The position numbers and the translations under genes were made by a program. This document shows positions 20,361 to 28,460 of a DNA stretch of 64,000 nt, one piece after another. The notes under the pieces are model-generated. The model was not told the DNA's origin, searched no databases, and saw nothing but the letters and a program-made list of their open reading frames with translations. Source of the DNA: a virus (lineage: Duplodnaviria; Heunggongvirae; Uroviricota; Caudoviricetes); the IMG/VR virus record IMGVR_UViG_3300032330_001391, positions 53,103 through 117,102 of that record. The stretch is one strand, 5' to 3'. The stretch's first letter is position 1; each line of letters starts with the position of its first letter.

Positions 20361-20393
20361 TTTTTATTACCTTTTTTAACTTTTTATTTATAA

Positions 20394-20430
20394 CTAAATA
20401 TACGTTACTAATTTTAGGTAACCAAATTTA
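20394..20430 (-). promoter_or_regulatory. conserved phage early promoter (tandem second copy)
   Basis: actaaatatacgttactaattttaggtaaccaaattt. Confidence 0.5.
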
Positions 20431-20670
20431 TTTTAAATTAACACTCATACCCTCATACTTAAGTAAACTGTTACAAATGTAAGTTTGGAATTTAACAATC
20501 GTTTTAATATCGTCCAATTGTCTTAATATTGTTTTTTTATCCTCCTCTTTAATGTTTTTACCATTAATGAACTCGGTAGTAAATGTTTTGGCCTCATTAA
20601 GGTTGGTCATTTGAAATACCTGTTCAGCGATTTGTTCAAACACTGATTTGATGTTTACTTTCGTTTTCAT
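20428..20670 (-). CDS. small hypothetical early protein
   Basis: 80-aa ORF directly downstream of a conserved promoter. Confidence 0.45.
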   Translation of the reverse strand: MKTKVNIKSVFEQIAEQVFQMTNLNEAKTFTTEFINGKNIKEEDKKTILRQLDDIKTIVKFQTYICNSLLKYEGMSVNLK

Positions 20671-20692
20671 AACTTTTTATTTTAATTTAAAC

Positions 20693-20728
20693 TAAATATA
20701 CGCCTAATATTTTGGGTAGCCAAACTTA
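20693..20728 (-). promoter_or_regulatory. conserved phage early promoter
   Basis: actaaatatacgcctaatattttgggtagccaaactt. Reverse complement is TTTGGCTACCC-N-TATATTTAGT. Confidence 0.55.
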
Positions 20729-20732
20729 TCTT

Positions 20733-20972
20733 TCACCATAGTTCAATACCGTGTTCACCCATTACAGAAATGAATTCCTGGATTAATATATCGTCATCCT
20801 CTGTTAATGCGAATTCATCATAGGCATCCTTACCTGTTATGTATGATATAACATCCATCCAGTCTTCACCACCCGATTCTATTCCTTCTTGTTCGATTTC
20901 ATCTATGTCCATTCCTAGGTCTTCAAATGTTTTGTACACATAATCAATGTTTACTTCGTTCATGTTATTCAT
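20733..20972 (-). CDS. small highly acidic early protein (DNA-mimic / anti-restriction candidate)
   Basis: 79 aa, about 30% D/E (DIDEIEQEGIESGGEDWMD...TEDDDIL). Behind its own promoter. Confidence 0.45.
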   Translation of the reverse strand: MNNMNEVNIDYVYKTFEDLGMDIDEIEQEGIESGGEDWMDVISYITGKDAYDEFALTEDDDILIQEFISVMGEHGIELW

Positions 20973-20992
20973 ATTTTTTATTTTTATTTAAA

Positions 20993-21030
20993 CTAAATAT
21001 ACGTTCTTAATTTTAGGTAACCAAACTTAT
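20993..21030 (-). promoter_or_regulatory. conserved phage early promoter
   Basis: actaaatatacgttcttaattttaggtaaccaaactt. Confidence 0.55.
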
Positions 21031-21182
21031 CCTTATCCTTTTTATAGAGCGTTAGTATATAATTGTCTATAACAGGGGTGGGAGGGGGCGGAACATGTTT
21101 ATTCGATTTTTGAAAACCCGGTTTTACCGTTATCACCATTTTATACCACATACTATTCCTCCCCATCCCTGTTTATCACACA

Positions 21183-21425
21183 TCAACCAACATCGTTTGT
21201 CACCCTTTCATACTCCCATATCCGTTCCTTCAACATATTAATTATTTTCTCGTCCGTCACCTCCTCATTATCATCAGCATCAACCACACACCACTCATTC
21301 ATTATACCGTCCATTACATCCGGTTGTTCCGTCACCATATATGTTTTGGTTGTTATATCATCTATATCCGGTTGTGTTACTTCTATCGTGTATATGTTTG
21401 TTGTGTATGTTTCTTTCTGTACCAT
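21183..21425 (-). CDS. small acidic hypothetical protein
   Basis: 80-aa ORF, acidic (DIDDITTKTYMVTEQPDVMDG). Confidence 0.4.
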   Translation of the reverse strand: MVQKETYTTNIYTIEVTQPDIDDITTKTYMVTEQPDVMDGIMNEWCVVDADDNEEVTDEKIINMLKERIWEYERVTNDVG

Positions 21426-21689
21426 ATTGTTGTGTTTGTGTTTGTTTCTGGATTATTCTTATTCTTCTTATGCGAACCATTTTGGTTCTTGTTTCCATCC
21501 ACCTGTTGGTGTTCTTGATTCAATTACATAGTCGCTGTTGTATTGTTTGTTTTCGGGGTGTGTCAGTCATATTCTTATATGTTCATGGTCTATTTTTAGT
21601 TCATCCCCGTCCCAGGCTTGTTCCATTGTTTCTAATTCGTTTAGGTCTTGTTGTGTGAAGTTTAGGTTCATAACTGTTGTGTTGTGTTT

Positions 21690-21899
21690 TTATTGATTTG
21701 TTTGTTTGTTGTATTGTTCTACACATTCAGGACACGCGGCGTGTGTTAGTTTTTCTATTCGTGCCCAGTTAGTACTCAGTGCAGGTGTACCGCATAGGTT
21801 GCCTTGACCCGACTTGTATATGTGTGCTGTGTTTGACCACACTGTACCTTTGTTACCGAAAATTGAATATTCCGGTTTTAATTCTGTTACTTTAATCAT
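21690..21899 (-). CDS. small Cys4 zinc-ribbon protein
   Basis: 69 aa with C-x-x-...-CPEC spacing (CGTPALS...ACPEC). Confidence 0.4.
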   Translation of the reverse strand: MIKVTELKPEYSIFGNKGTVWSNTAHIYKSGQGNLCGTPALSTNWARIEKLTHAACPECVEQYNKQTNQ

Positions 21900-21923
21900 A
21901 TAACCTTTATTTTTTAATTTAAT

Positions 21924-21960
21924 TAAATATACGCTTTGAAACTTGGGTAACCAAATTTAC
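21924..21960 (-). promoter_or_regulatory. conserved phage early promoter
   Basis: attaaatatacgctttgaaacttgggtaaccaaattt. Confidence 0.55.
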
Positions 21961-21962
21961 TT

Positions 21963-22178
21963 TTAATGTTCAAACATATTATAAACATCCGAGAAATCAA
22001 TCTTTGGTGAATCCAATACATCCGTTAAATAATTTACTACATCAAATCTTAAATGAGATATGAAATTACTGTTTTCCAACCCATCAACAACAAATTGTTT
22101 TATGGACGGGTATTGGTCATACATTTCATTTAACTTTTGTTTGTGTTCTGGTTTGAGGCGTTCAAATAAATTTTCCAT
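21963..22178 (-). CDS. small hypothetical early protein
   Basis: 71-aa ORF behind a promoter. Confidence 0.4.
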   Translation of the reverse strand: MENLFERLKPEHKQKLNEMYDQYPSIKQFVVDGLENSNFISHLRFDVVNYLTDVLDSPKIDFSDVYNMFEH

Positions 22179-22194
22179 TTTTTATTTTTGTTTA

Positions 22195-22233
22195 ACTAAA
22201 TATACGTTATAAGACTCGGGTAACCAAATTTAC
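22195..22233 (-). promoter_or_regulatory. conserved phage early promoter
   Basis: actaaatatacgttataagactcgggtaaccaaattt. Confidence 0.55.
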
Positions 22234-22238
22234 TTATT

Positions 22239-22481
22239 TTACTTATCTAACACCGTTGTTGTTAGTTGTGCTGCGATTTGGTCAAATTCATCTATATCAT
22301 AATCATAACCATAATCATTTATGTCCTCAACCCATTCTGCTTCATCATTAGTCATGACCCTAGCTAATATGTTACCAGCATTTTCTACTACATACTCTAT
22401 ATCTTCAGTCATGTCATATAACTGTTGAATACGTTGTTTAAATTCATTTTGTTGTTCGGGTGTAAGTAATTGTTGTTCCAT
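22239..22481 (-). CDS. small highly acidic early protein (DNA-mimic candidate)
   Basis: 80 aa, D/E-rich (EDINDYGYDYDIDEFDQ). Confidence 0.45.
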   Translation of the reverse strand: MEQQLLTPEQQNEFKQRIQQLYDMTEDIEYVVENAGNILARVMTNDEAEWVEDINDYGYDYDIDEFDQIAAQLTTTVLDK

Positions 22482-22502
22482 AACTTTTTATTTTTATTTG
22501 AA

Positions 22503-22535
22503 TTAAATATACGTAAAAAGATTTGATAATTTATT
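22503..22535 (-). promoter_or_regulatory. degenerate copy of the conserved promoter
   Basis: attaaatatacgtaaaaagatttgataattt. Retains the TATATTTA box; -33 region diverged. Confidence 0.35.
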
Positions 22536-22725
22536 AATCATTTAACCATTTTAATTTAACATCACCTGTCACCTCAATAATTTCATACTCACCTTTTACT
22601 TTTTTTAATAATTCATCAAATGTGATTTCATCCGAGTCATAACCACAACCTTCAATAACTTCTTCTTCAGTGTTACAAATACTACTAAATTGTTCTTGAT
22701 AATCGATTTTAATAAATTTTCTCAT
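22534..22725 (-). CDS. small hypothetical early protein
   Basis: 63-aa ORF. Confidence 0.4.
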   Translation of the reverse strand: MRKFIKIDYQEQFSSICNTEEEVIEGCGYDSDEITFDELLKKVKGEYEIIEVTGDVKLKWLND

Positions 22726-22745
22726 TTTTTTATTTTTTTGTTTAG

Positions 22746-22785
22746 TTAAATATACGTTCTAAAATTCGGGTAACCAAATTTACCT
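22746..22785 (-). promoter_or_regulatory. conserved phage early promoter
   Basis: gttaaatatacgttctaaaattcgggtaaccaaattt. Confidence 0.55.
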
Positions 22786-23171
22786 TAAATAAAATCTGAA
22801 CAACTTCTTAGTTCGCCTTTTTCAAATATCATCCAATCCAATAATCTCATGTCATCCCAATCCGTTATTAAGTTTGCTTCAATTAATGAATCGACAAAAT
22901 TATTTCGTTCACATTCAATCTTACAATAACTGTTTACATCACCTGCGTCTGGGAATATTAAGTAAGTGTTGTCTGTGTTTGTATTGTTTTGGATTAGCCC
23001 TTCTGATTTCAGTTCATGTAGGTGTTCTTCTACCATGTTGGGATATTTGGTTGTTAGTTGTATAGCCATTTGTTCATCCATACCTATTTGTTCAAGTATA
23101 TATTGGGTCGTTTCACCATCTATATCCATGTTACGGAGTGTTTGGATTATGTTTTCTAATTCGTTGTTCAT
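22785..23171 (-). CDS. hypothetical early protein
   Basis: 128-aa ORF. Confidence 0.4.
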   Translation of the reverse strand: MNNELENIIQTLRNMDIDGETTQYILEQIGMDEQMAIQLTTKYPNMVEEHLHELKSEGLIQNNTNTDNTYLIFPDAGDVNSYCKIECERNNFVDSLIEANLITDWDDMRLLDWMIFEKGELRSCSDFI

Positions 23172-23176
23172 AACTT

Positions 23177-23413
23177 TTACTTTTTTAAATAATTGTGAAG
23201 TTCTACTAAATAATCTTCTAATTCATCATTTGCCTCTACGTTTAATATACCACTATTAAAAATATCACTTACTGCTTGTTCGATGTATGTCAATGCGTTG
23301 AAGTTTTGTTTTTCAAATTCCTCTCCATCAAATGTTGCTTCGAATTGATCTGCTACAGCCCATCCGTGATGACTGTTAATAAATGCTTTTACTAATTGTG
23401 TTGTGTTTATCAT
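23177..23413 (-). CDS. small hypothetical early protein
   Basis: 78-aa ORF. Confidence 0.4.
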   Translation of the reverse strand: MINTTQLVKAFINSHHGWAVADQFEATFDGEEFEKQNFNALTYIEQAVSDIFNSGILNVEANDELEDYLVELHNYLKK

Positions 23414-23436
23414 AACCTTTATTTTTTATTTGAATT

Positions 23437-23472
23437 AAATATACGTTATAAGACTCGGGTAACCAAATTTAT
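23437..23472 (-). promoter_or_regulatory. conserved phage early promoter
   Basis: attaaatatacgttataagactcgggtaaccaaattt. Confidence 0.55.
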
Positions 23473-23657
23473 TCTTCTTCCTCTTCTTCACTACTTGCCA
23501 ACACCTCATCATACTCATCTACAATGGATTGACATAGTTCGACAAGTCTTTGTCTATACTCATGTTCATTCTCACTACAAAAACTGTTTATGTTGTAATA
23601 ACAATCCAACAAATCCTTAAATGTGTTTTCAAATCTGCAATAACTCATGTTTGCCAT
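23469..23657 (-). CDS. small acidic early protein
   Basis: 62 aa, ends in SSEEEEEE. Confidence 0.4.
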   Translation of the reverse strand: MANMSYCRFENTFKDLLDCYYNINSFCSENEHEYRQRLVELCQSIVDEYDEVLASSEEEEEE

Positions 23658-23679
23658 AACCTTTATTTTTAAATTTAAC

Positions 23680-23718
23680 TAAATATACGTTCTAAAATTC
23701 GGGTAACCAAATTTACTT
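23680..23718 (-). promoter_or_regulatory. conserved phage early promoter
   Basis: actaaatatacgttctaaaattcgggtaaccaaattt, immediately 3' of the tRNA at 23721. Confidence 0.55.
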
Positions 23719-23720
23719 TG

Positions 23721-23792
23721 CAGCACGGACAGGATTCGAACCTGCATCTCCTATCTACAATGATAAGGCGTTACCAGTTACGCCACCGTGCT
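23721..23792 (-). tRNA. tRNA (anticodon region TTGTA; candidate Thr-TGT) with unusual 6-nt anticodon loop
   Basis: Acceptor AGCACGG/CCGTGCT, D-arm GCGT-AACTGGTA-ACGC, T-arm GCAGG-TTCGAAT-CCTGT. Anticodon stem best folds as CTTATC/GATAGG closing a 6-nt loop ATTGTA. Confidence 0.45.
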
Positions 23793-23798
23793 TATATA

Positions 23799-24503
23799 CT
23801 ACTTACCTTTCTTGGTAGGCACTACAACCCAACCACCACACTCAGTTTCGTGGAACTCCCAATTATATTGGTCACTCAAATAGAAACCTTTATTCTTATA
23901 CTCACCATCCAAAATAGCCTCAGCAATCTGTATAAAACCATTACCATTAAACCCAGCAGCTTTTGCTTCTTCATGAGTAAAAATAGTAGAAAACCCACCA
24001 TCACGTCTCAAACTCTTCAAATTAAAATACTTACTATGTTCAGGGAAGACCTCAGGATGGTTACTCATAATAATCTTTTCCCACTTGTCACAGGCAATGT
24101 TACGAAGACCTTTAATAGCGTCTACAGTGGTAGTACCGTCAAGCTGGAAATGCTTGTTGATGTATTCACGCTGTTCAGTTGTAGCAGCATCCCAGTAACC
24201 ATTGAGTATCTCTCGACTAATCTTGATTGTATTAGATTCTTCACGTAAACGTAAACCGTTTTCACTCATTACATGTTGAGTTCCTGCTAAGCTCTCGATA
24301 CCATATAACAATACACGCTCATCATCGTGTACATTTCTTGCAACAATTGTAGCTACTACTCCATTGTTTACACTATTAGTGCGATTACTATTCCACTTAT
24401 TAAGCCCCATTTTTAAAGCCATTGTATCATAACTGCTGTATTGCTGTCCACAATCTGATACTACTACTCTGTCTCCGATTTGAAATTTGAATTGTTTACT
24501 CAT
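23799..24503 (-). CDS. paralog family A, member 1 (N-terminal KOW/SH3-like domain; conserved C-terminal NHPE-FPE module)
   Basis: 234 aa. N-terminus MSKQFKFQIGDRVVV... and C-terminus IACDKWEKIIMSNHPEVFPE...IFTHEEAKAAGF...GEYKNKGFYL..YNWE align with the next two paralogs. Confidence 0.5.
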   Translation of the reverse strand: MSKQFKFQIGDRVVVSDCGQQYSSYDTMALKMGLNKWNSNRTNSVNNGVVATIVARNVHDDERVLLYGIESLAGTQHVMSENGLRLREESNTIKISREILNGYWDAATTEQREYINKHFQLDGTTTVDAIKGLRNIACDKWEKIIMSNHPEVFPEHSKYFNLKSLRRDGGFSTIFTHEEAKAAGFNGNGFIQIAEAILDGEYKNKGFYLSDQYNWEFHETECGGWVVVPTKKGK

Positions 24504-24524
24504 AACTTTTTATTTTTAAATTTA

Positions 24525-24563
24525 ACTAAATATACGTCTTAAAACTTGGGTAGCCAAATTTAC
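24525..24563 (-). promoter_or_regulatory. conserved phage early promoter
   Basis: actaaatatacgtcttaaaacttgggtagccaaattt. Confidence 0.55.
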
Positions 24564-24662
24564 CTTTTTAATTAACAATAAATGGATGTAGCTGTTTTAA
24601 GAGAACCTCAACTCATACAACAGATTCGCTACGTTGGCTTTTTAACCTACATCCAATGATGA

Positions 24663-25586
24663 CTATTTCTTGGTTGGAAGTAATACTAACACACCATTAG
24701 AGTCGTTAACAATTTCCCAATTGTAATCGGGGTGTAGGTAGAAACCTTTATTTTCGTATTCACCACAACCACGCACTTGAAAAAAATGATAACTACCAAA
24801 CCCAGCGTTCCTACCTTGTTCATGTGTGAATATATAGTTTCCATCAGATTTATCCTTTTTAAGTCCGCTCAAGTCAAAGTATTTATTTTCAGGAAAACAT
24901 TCAGGATGGTTTTTCTTAATAATAGGTTTCCATTTGGTGCAAGCAATGTCGTGTAAACCAATAATACCTTGTACGGTTGTTGTTCCGCTTAATTTGAAAT
25001 GCTCATCCATATACTCTTTCTGAGAGTCAGTGGCAGCTTCATAGTATGCGTACAGTTGTTCTTTTGTGATTTTGATTGTTTGTGTTGTGTCTAATGGTTT
25101 CATTGTATTTGTATTTTTATTTTTCCATGGTTTATAAACAAGTTCTAAGAAATCATCATATGATATTTCTGTACCCAATTCATATCCTGAATCTCTCCAC
25201 CATCCTGTTTCAGAAATTGTACCCTTTGTATTCCAACTAACACTCTTCATAGCCTCTTTCCTCCATTCTGCTAACTCGGGTGTATCATCTATATTATCTG
25301 TACACTTAACATACCATTGTGATGGTAGTTGTTTTACCAATTTCAATCCATCCTCATGGATTATGGCTTGCTTTCCATTATCAATTTGAATACCATATAA
25401 TATTTCATTAGGCAAACTGATGTGAGGTTTCACATTAACAATTACCGCGGTGGTACTATTTGTAAATTCATTTCCCTTCTTCCAATTTTCTAATCCCATT
25501 AACTTAGCCATCTCTTCATATGTAGAGTATGTCTCTCCATCATTTACTACTACTACTCGCTGTCCAATTTTAAATTTGTTGTTCAT
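24663..25586 (-). CDS. paralog family A, member 2
   Basis: 307 aa. MNNKFKIGQRVVVV... N-terminus and IACTKWKPIIKKNHPECFPE...IFTHEQGRNAGF...GEYENKGFYLHPDYNWE C-terminus. Confidence 0.5.
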   Translation of the reverse strand: MNNKFKIGQRVVVVNDGETYSTYEEMAKLMGLENWKKGNEFTNSTTAVIVNVKPHISLPNEILYGIQIDNGKQAIIHEDGLKLVKQLPSQWYVKCTDNIDDTPELAEWRKEAMKSVSWNTKGTISETGWWRDSGYELGTEISYDDFLELVYKPWKNKNTNTMKPLDTTQTIKITKEQLYAYYEAATDSQKEYMDEHFKLSGTTTVQGIIGLHDIACTKWKPIIKKNHPECFPENKYFDLSGLKKDKSDGNYIFTHEQGRNAGFGSYHFFQVRGCGEYENKGFYLHPDYNWEIVNDSNGVLVLLPTKK

Positions 25587-25607
25587 AACTTTTATTTTTT
25601 ATTTATA

Positions 25608-25640
25608 CTAAATATACGTCTTAAAACTCGGGTAGCCAAA
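25608..25640 (-). promoter_or_regulatory. conserved phage early promoter
   Basis: actaaatatacgtcttaaaactcgggtagccaaa. Confidence 0.5.
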
Positions 25641-25653
25641 AAAGTCTATTTAC

Positions 25654-25851
25654 CTAACCTTTTAACACACTGTCCAGTGATAGTATTTGCTCGGGTGTTT
25701 CTAACACACTATATGTTTGTCCTGACCTCATCATAATATTTGTATATGTTTGTGATGGTAGAACATCAGAATATATTTCAATTGATTGAATCATTGATTT
25801 GTTAATCCACAATGGTGCGTTTTTTCTGTAGTAGTTTGTTAGTTTTATCAT
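25654..25851 (-). CDS. small hypothetical protein
   Basis: 65-aa ORF. Confidence 0.4.
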   Translation of the reverse strand: MIKLTNYYRKNAPLWINKSMIQSIEIYSDVLPSQTYTNIMMRSGQTYSVLETPEQILSLDSVLKG

Positions 25852-25860
25852 ATTTATTTT

Positions 25861-26565
25861 TTAGTCATTCCATTTAATATAAAGATAATCGGCGTTGTTA
25901 TGGTTGTCTCTATGTACCGGATAAGATTTTGGATATGCTTTACAAAACTTCATTACCCATTCAAATGCTGCGAATGTCCAAGATGTATTAGCGTTTGGTA
26001 ATTCAACTAATATATGTTCATCTTTAATTGACACTGTACAACCACTAAAATTAGGTTTGCCTATATTTTCAACCGCTAATTCAATAGCAGATTTAGTTAC
26101 CGGAAAACATTCGGGATGATTCTTTTTAATAATAGGTTTCCATGTACCACAAGCAATCTCATATAACCCTGTAATTGCTTTTACAGTTGTTTTACCACTT
26201 AGTGTAAAATGTTCATCCAAATATTCACGTTGAGTTTCAGTTGCAGCGTCATAGTATTGATTAAGTATACCTCGGTCAATAGTAATAGCATCTGTAGGGT
26301 TGATAGTTTCAGTCATTTCTGTTATTTGTTTAAATTGTTCTAAGGTAATTTTTTTGTATTGTGGACTACATTCGTTAAAAGATTCTTCAGTATTACACCA
26401 ATAATAACTGGTATCACTAGGGTGTTCTGATAATAATAAATGACCTACCATTAAATCACCTTTCCAAGTACTACTAGCAACTTTATTATGCCATTTATGT
26501 AATACTGAAAAATTGTCTTCGGTTACTTTAATGTACCAATTTTTTGGGTGTGTTTGTTTATTCAT
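25861..26565 (-). CDS. paralog family A, member 3 (diverged)
   Basis: 234 aa. Shares ...DAATETQREYLDEHF.LSGKTTV.AI.GL..IACGTWKPIIKKNHPECFP with members 1 and 2. Confidence 0.45.
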   Translation of the reverse strand: MNKQTHPKNWYIKVTEDNFSVLHKWHNKVASSTWKGDLMVGHLLLSEHPSDTSYYWCNTEESFNECSPQYKKITLEQFKQITEMTETINPTDAITIDRGILNQYYDAATETQREYLDEHFTLSGKTTVKAITGLYEIACGTWKPIIKKNHPECFPVTKSAIELAVENIGKPNFSGCTVSIKDEHILVELPNANTSWTFAAFEWVMKFCKAYPKSYPVHRDNHNNADYLYIKWND

Positions 26566-26588
26566 AACTTTTATTTTAATATTTTGAG

Positions 26589-26662
26589 TGGACCCTGCAG
26601 GGCTTGAACCTGCGACCCCCTGATTATGAGTCAGGTGCTCTAACCAACTGAGCTAAAGGTCC
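26589..26662 (-). tRNA. tRNA-Met/Ile2 (anticodon CAT)
   Basis: GGACCTT-TA-GCTC-AGTTGGTTA-GAGC-A-CCTGA-CTCATAA-TCAGG-GGGTC-GCAGG-TTCAAGC-CCTGC-AGGGTCC-A folds as a canonical cloverleaf. Confidence 0.7.
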
Positions 26663-26693
26663 AATTAACCTACTTATCCTTATTTTCTTTAAA

Positions 26694-26730
26694 CTAAATA
26701 TACGCTTAAAATTTAGGAAAGCCAAACTTT
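26694..26730 (-). promoter_or_regulatory. conserved phage promoter directly driving tRNA(CAT)
   Basis: actaaatatacgcttaaaatttaggaaagccaaactt, about 30 nt upstream of the tRNA 5' end. Confidence 0.5.
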
Positions 26731-26731
26731 T

Positions 26732-26941
26732 TTAACACCCTCCCCATCCATCTACGTCATGATGTTTTGAATTACTTTTAACAGCAGTAACTTTATCTAT
26801 TTCACTATTAATAAAATCATCTACATCTACTTGACTTAGCCCATTTAAGCCCATAATAGCGTAATTCTGTCCACTTGAATGAGCGGTTCGTAATAATTGT
26901 TCCAGTTCTGCTTTAGATAAAATAATGTAGTTGTATGCCAT
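26732..26941 (-). CDS. small hypothetical protein
   Basis: 69-aa ORF. Confidence 0.4.
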   Translation of the reverse strand: MAYNYIILSKAELEQLLRTAHSSGQNYAIMGLNGLSQVDVDDFINSEIDKVTAVKSNSKHHDVDGWGGC

Positions 26942-26952
26942 GTTAAATTTAA

Positions 26953-28035
26953 TTATTCAAAATCTCTTATACATATCACTTTAGGAAAACGAGGTACACC
27001 ATCTGTTGTCAGCTCAAAATACTTCACTGTAGCCATTTTACCTATTAAACCGTCTCTGCTATGCCATAAACGCTCAATATATTCCCAATCACCATTAACC
27101 GCAGCGTCAAATGTTTTATCATTTATTTTAAAATTAAGACGTCCCACTTTTCCTGTTAGATTTCCTTTCCCTTCTTCAACACCTAATATTTCAAACTCAC
27201 CATCAACAAATGATTTATGTTTTAAAAGTGATTTAGAACGTTTATTCTCATACAATCCATCTAAACGAATTATTTGACCTTCATATCCCCATTCAATATA
27301 ATCTTCATACCAATCATTTACTATATCTTTACCTCCACAAACATCTGTTCTAACTCGTTCACAACAATCAGGTAAATTCATTTCAACTAACGCTGTATAT
27401 CTTTGTGTAAATGTACCTGAATGGCTTGGTAAATCATAAATCCAATATTGAATTTTCTTAGACGTTTCTAAGTCTGCTTTAGTTGGTTTTGTTTTACGAA
27501 CACAAGAAATAATTGTATTAAAATCAGCTACTTCCCCATTAACAAATAACTCACCATCTAATATTAAATCAGGATTCTGTTCAAATAATGGTTTAAGTGC
27601 TTCAAATATATGCGGGGCAGAAATGATTGGTTTACCGTTACGAGACCACATCCCGTTAGTTTTAATAATGCATCTAACACCATCAAGTTTTGGTTGGCTG
27701 TAAACAGGAAATGTAATTTTATCCTTATAATCATTGTAATCATGAGCCAGCATTGGTTTGAAATGGACTGGAGAGTCAATGTCACTAATATTCTCAAATG
27801 AGCCCGCTTCTTTACGTTTAGTCCACATTGCTAATGCTTCAGCACTTGCTTGTTCAGCAGGATTAGTAGCATTTTTCTTACCAACATTTTTTGCTTCACA
27901 ACACGTCCATTCAGATAAGGTTTTAACTCCGTCCGTGTAACCAGATATTGTTCTAAAACAATTATCTTTCACTTCAACTTCCCACTCTAATGTTTTCCCG
28001 TTTACAGACCGTTTAAATAGTTTAGGTAGTCTCAT
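26953..28035 (-). CDS. ATP-dependent DNA ligase
   Basis: 360 aa. Nucleotidyltransferase motif I KxDG (SQPKLDGVRCII) and downstream motifs (DGELF, EGQIIRLD, LLKHK) typical of small ATP-dependent DNA ligases. Confidence 0.7.
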   Translation of the reverse strand: MRLPKLFKRSVNGKTLEWEVEVKDNCFRTISGYTDGVKTLSEWTCCEAKNVGKKNATNPAEQASAEALAMWTKRKEAGSFENISDIDSPVHFKPMLAHDYNDYKDKITFPVYSQPKLDGVRCIIKTNGMWSRNGKPIISAPHIFEALKPLFEQNPDLILDGELFVNGEVADFNTIISCVRKTKPTKADLETSKKIQYWIYDLPSHSGTFTQRYTALVEMNLPDCCERVRTDVCGGKDIVNDWYEDYIEWGYEGQIIRLDGLYENKRSKSLLKHKSFVDGEFEILGVEEGKGNLTGKVGRLNFKINDKTFDAAVNGDWEYIERLWHSRDGLIGKMATVKYFELTTDGVPRFPKVICIRDFE

Positions 28036-28154
28036 TCTTTTTTTTATGTTTAGTTTTACGAGTATATTTTTTCTTACTTTTATGGATTGATGGTTTAGTC
28101 ATCATCCAAATTTCTTGCATTGTTACCTCAATCTTTTTCATTTCCATAAATATG

Positions 28155-28394
28155 TTATTCATATTCAGTAATGTCATAGTAATGAACTGCTTGGTAAGCA
28201 TTATAATCAATACCATGATTATTTAAAGTATCAATAGCCTTATTATACTCTTCTTCAGAATGGATTGGATAATCAACTGATGATTCTTTAGATTTATAAT
28301 TCATTCTAACCATATCATAGTTGTCTATATAACCTCTACTTCTGGCTTCCATATAATCGCTTTCTGTCTTAAATGTAAACTTAAAATTTTCCAT
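28155..28394 (-). CDS. small hypothetical protein
   Basis: 79-aa ORF behind a promoter. Confidence 0.4.
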   Translation of the reverse strand: MENFKFTFKTESDYMEARSRGYIDNYDMVRMNYKSKESSVDYPIHSEEEYNKAIDTLNNHGIDYNAYQAVHYYDITEYE

Positions 28395-28424
28395 AACCTT
28401 TTATTTTTTATTTAAACTAAATAT

Positions 28425-28460
28425 ACGTCTTAAAACTTGGGTAGCCAAATTTACCTTTTA
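28425..28460 (-). promoter_or_regulatory. conserved phage early promoter
   Basis: actaaatatacgtcttaaaacttgggtagccaaattt. Confidence 0.55.

Noticed and set aside
21324-21658. Cluster of Cys-rich plus-strand ORFs (21324..21518, 21341..21658, 21346..21531) and other plus-strand ORFs throughout the track
   Set aside because: They lie antisense to minus-strand genes, or in a GT-rich tract whose complement is CA-rich coding or leader sequence. Odd composition (Cys/Phe/Leu-rich), no promoter motif, no start context. They are shadow ORFs.
20324-24563. Regularly spaced 36-40-bp repeats with 250-300-bp unique intervals, CRISPR-like at first glance
   Set aside because: The repeats are AT-rich promoter cassettes with sequence variation. 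The intervals are protein-coding small genes in one orientation. No cas genes are present.
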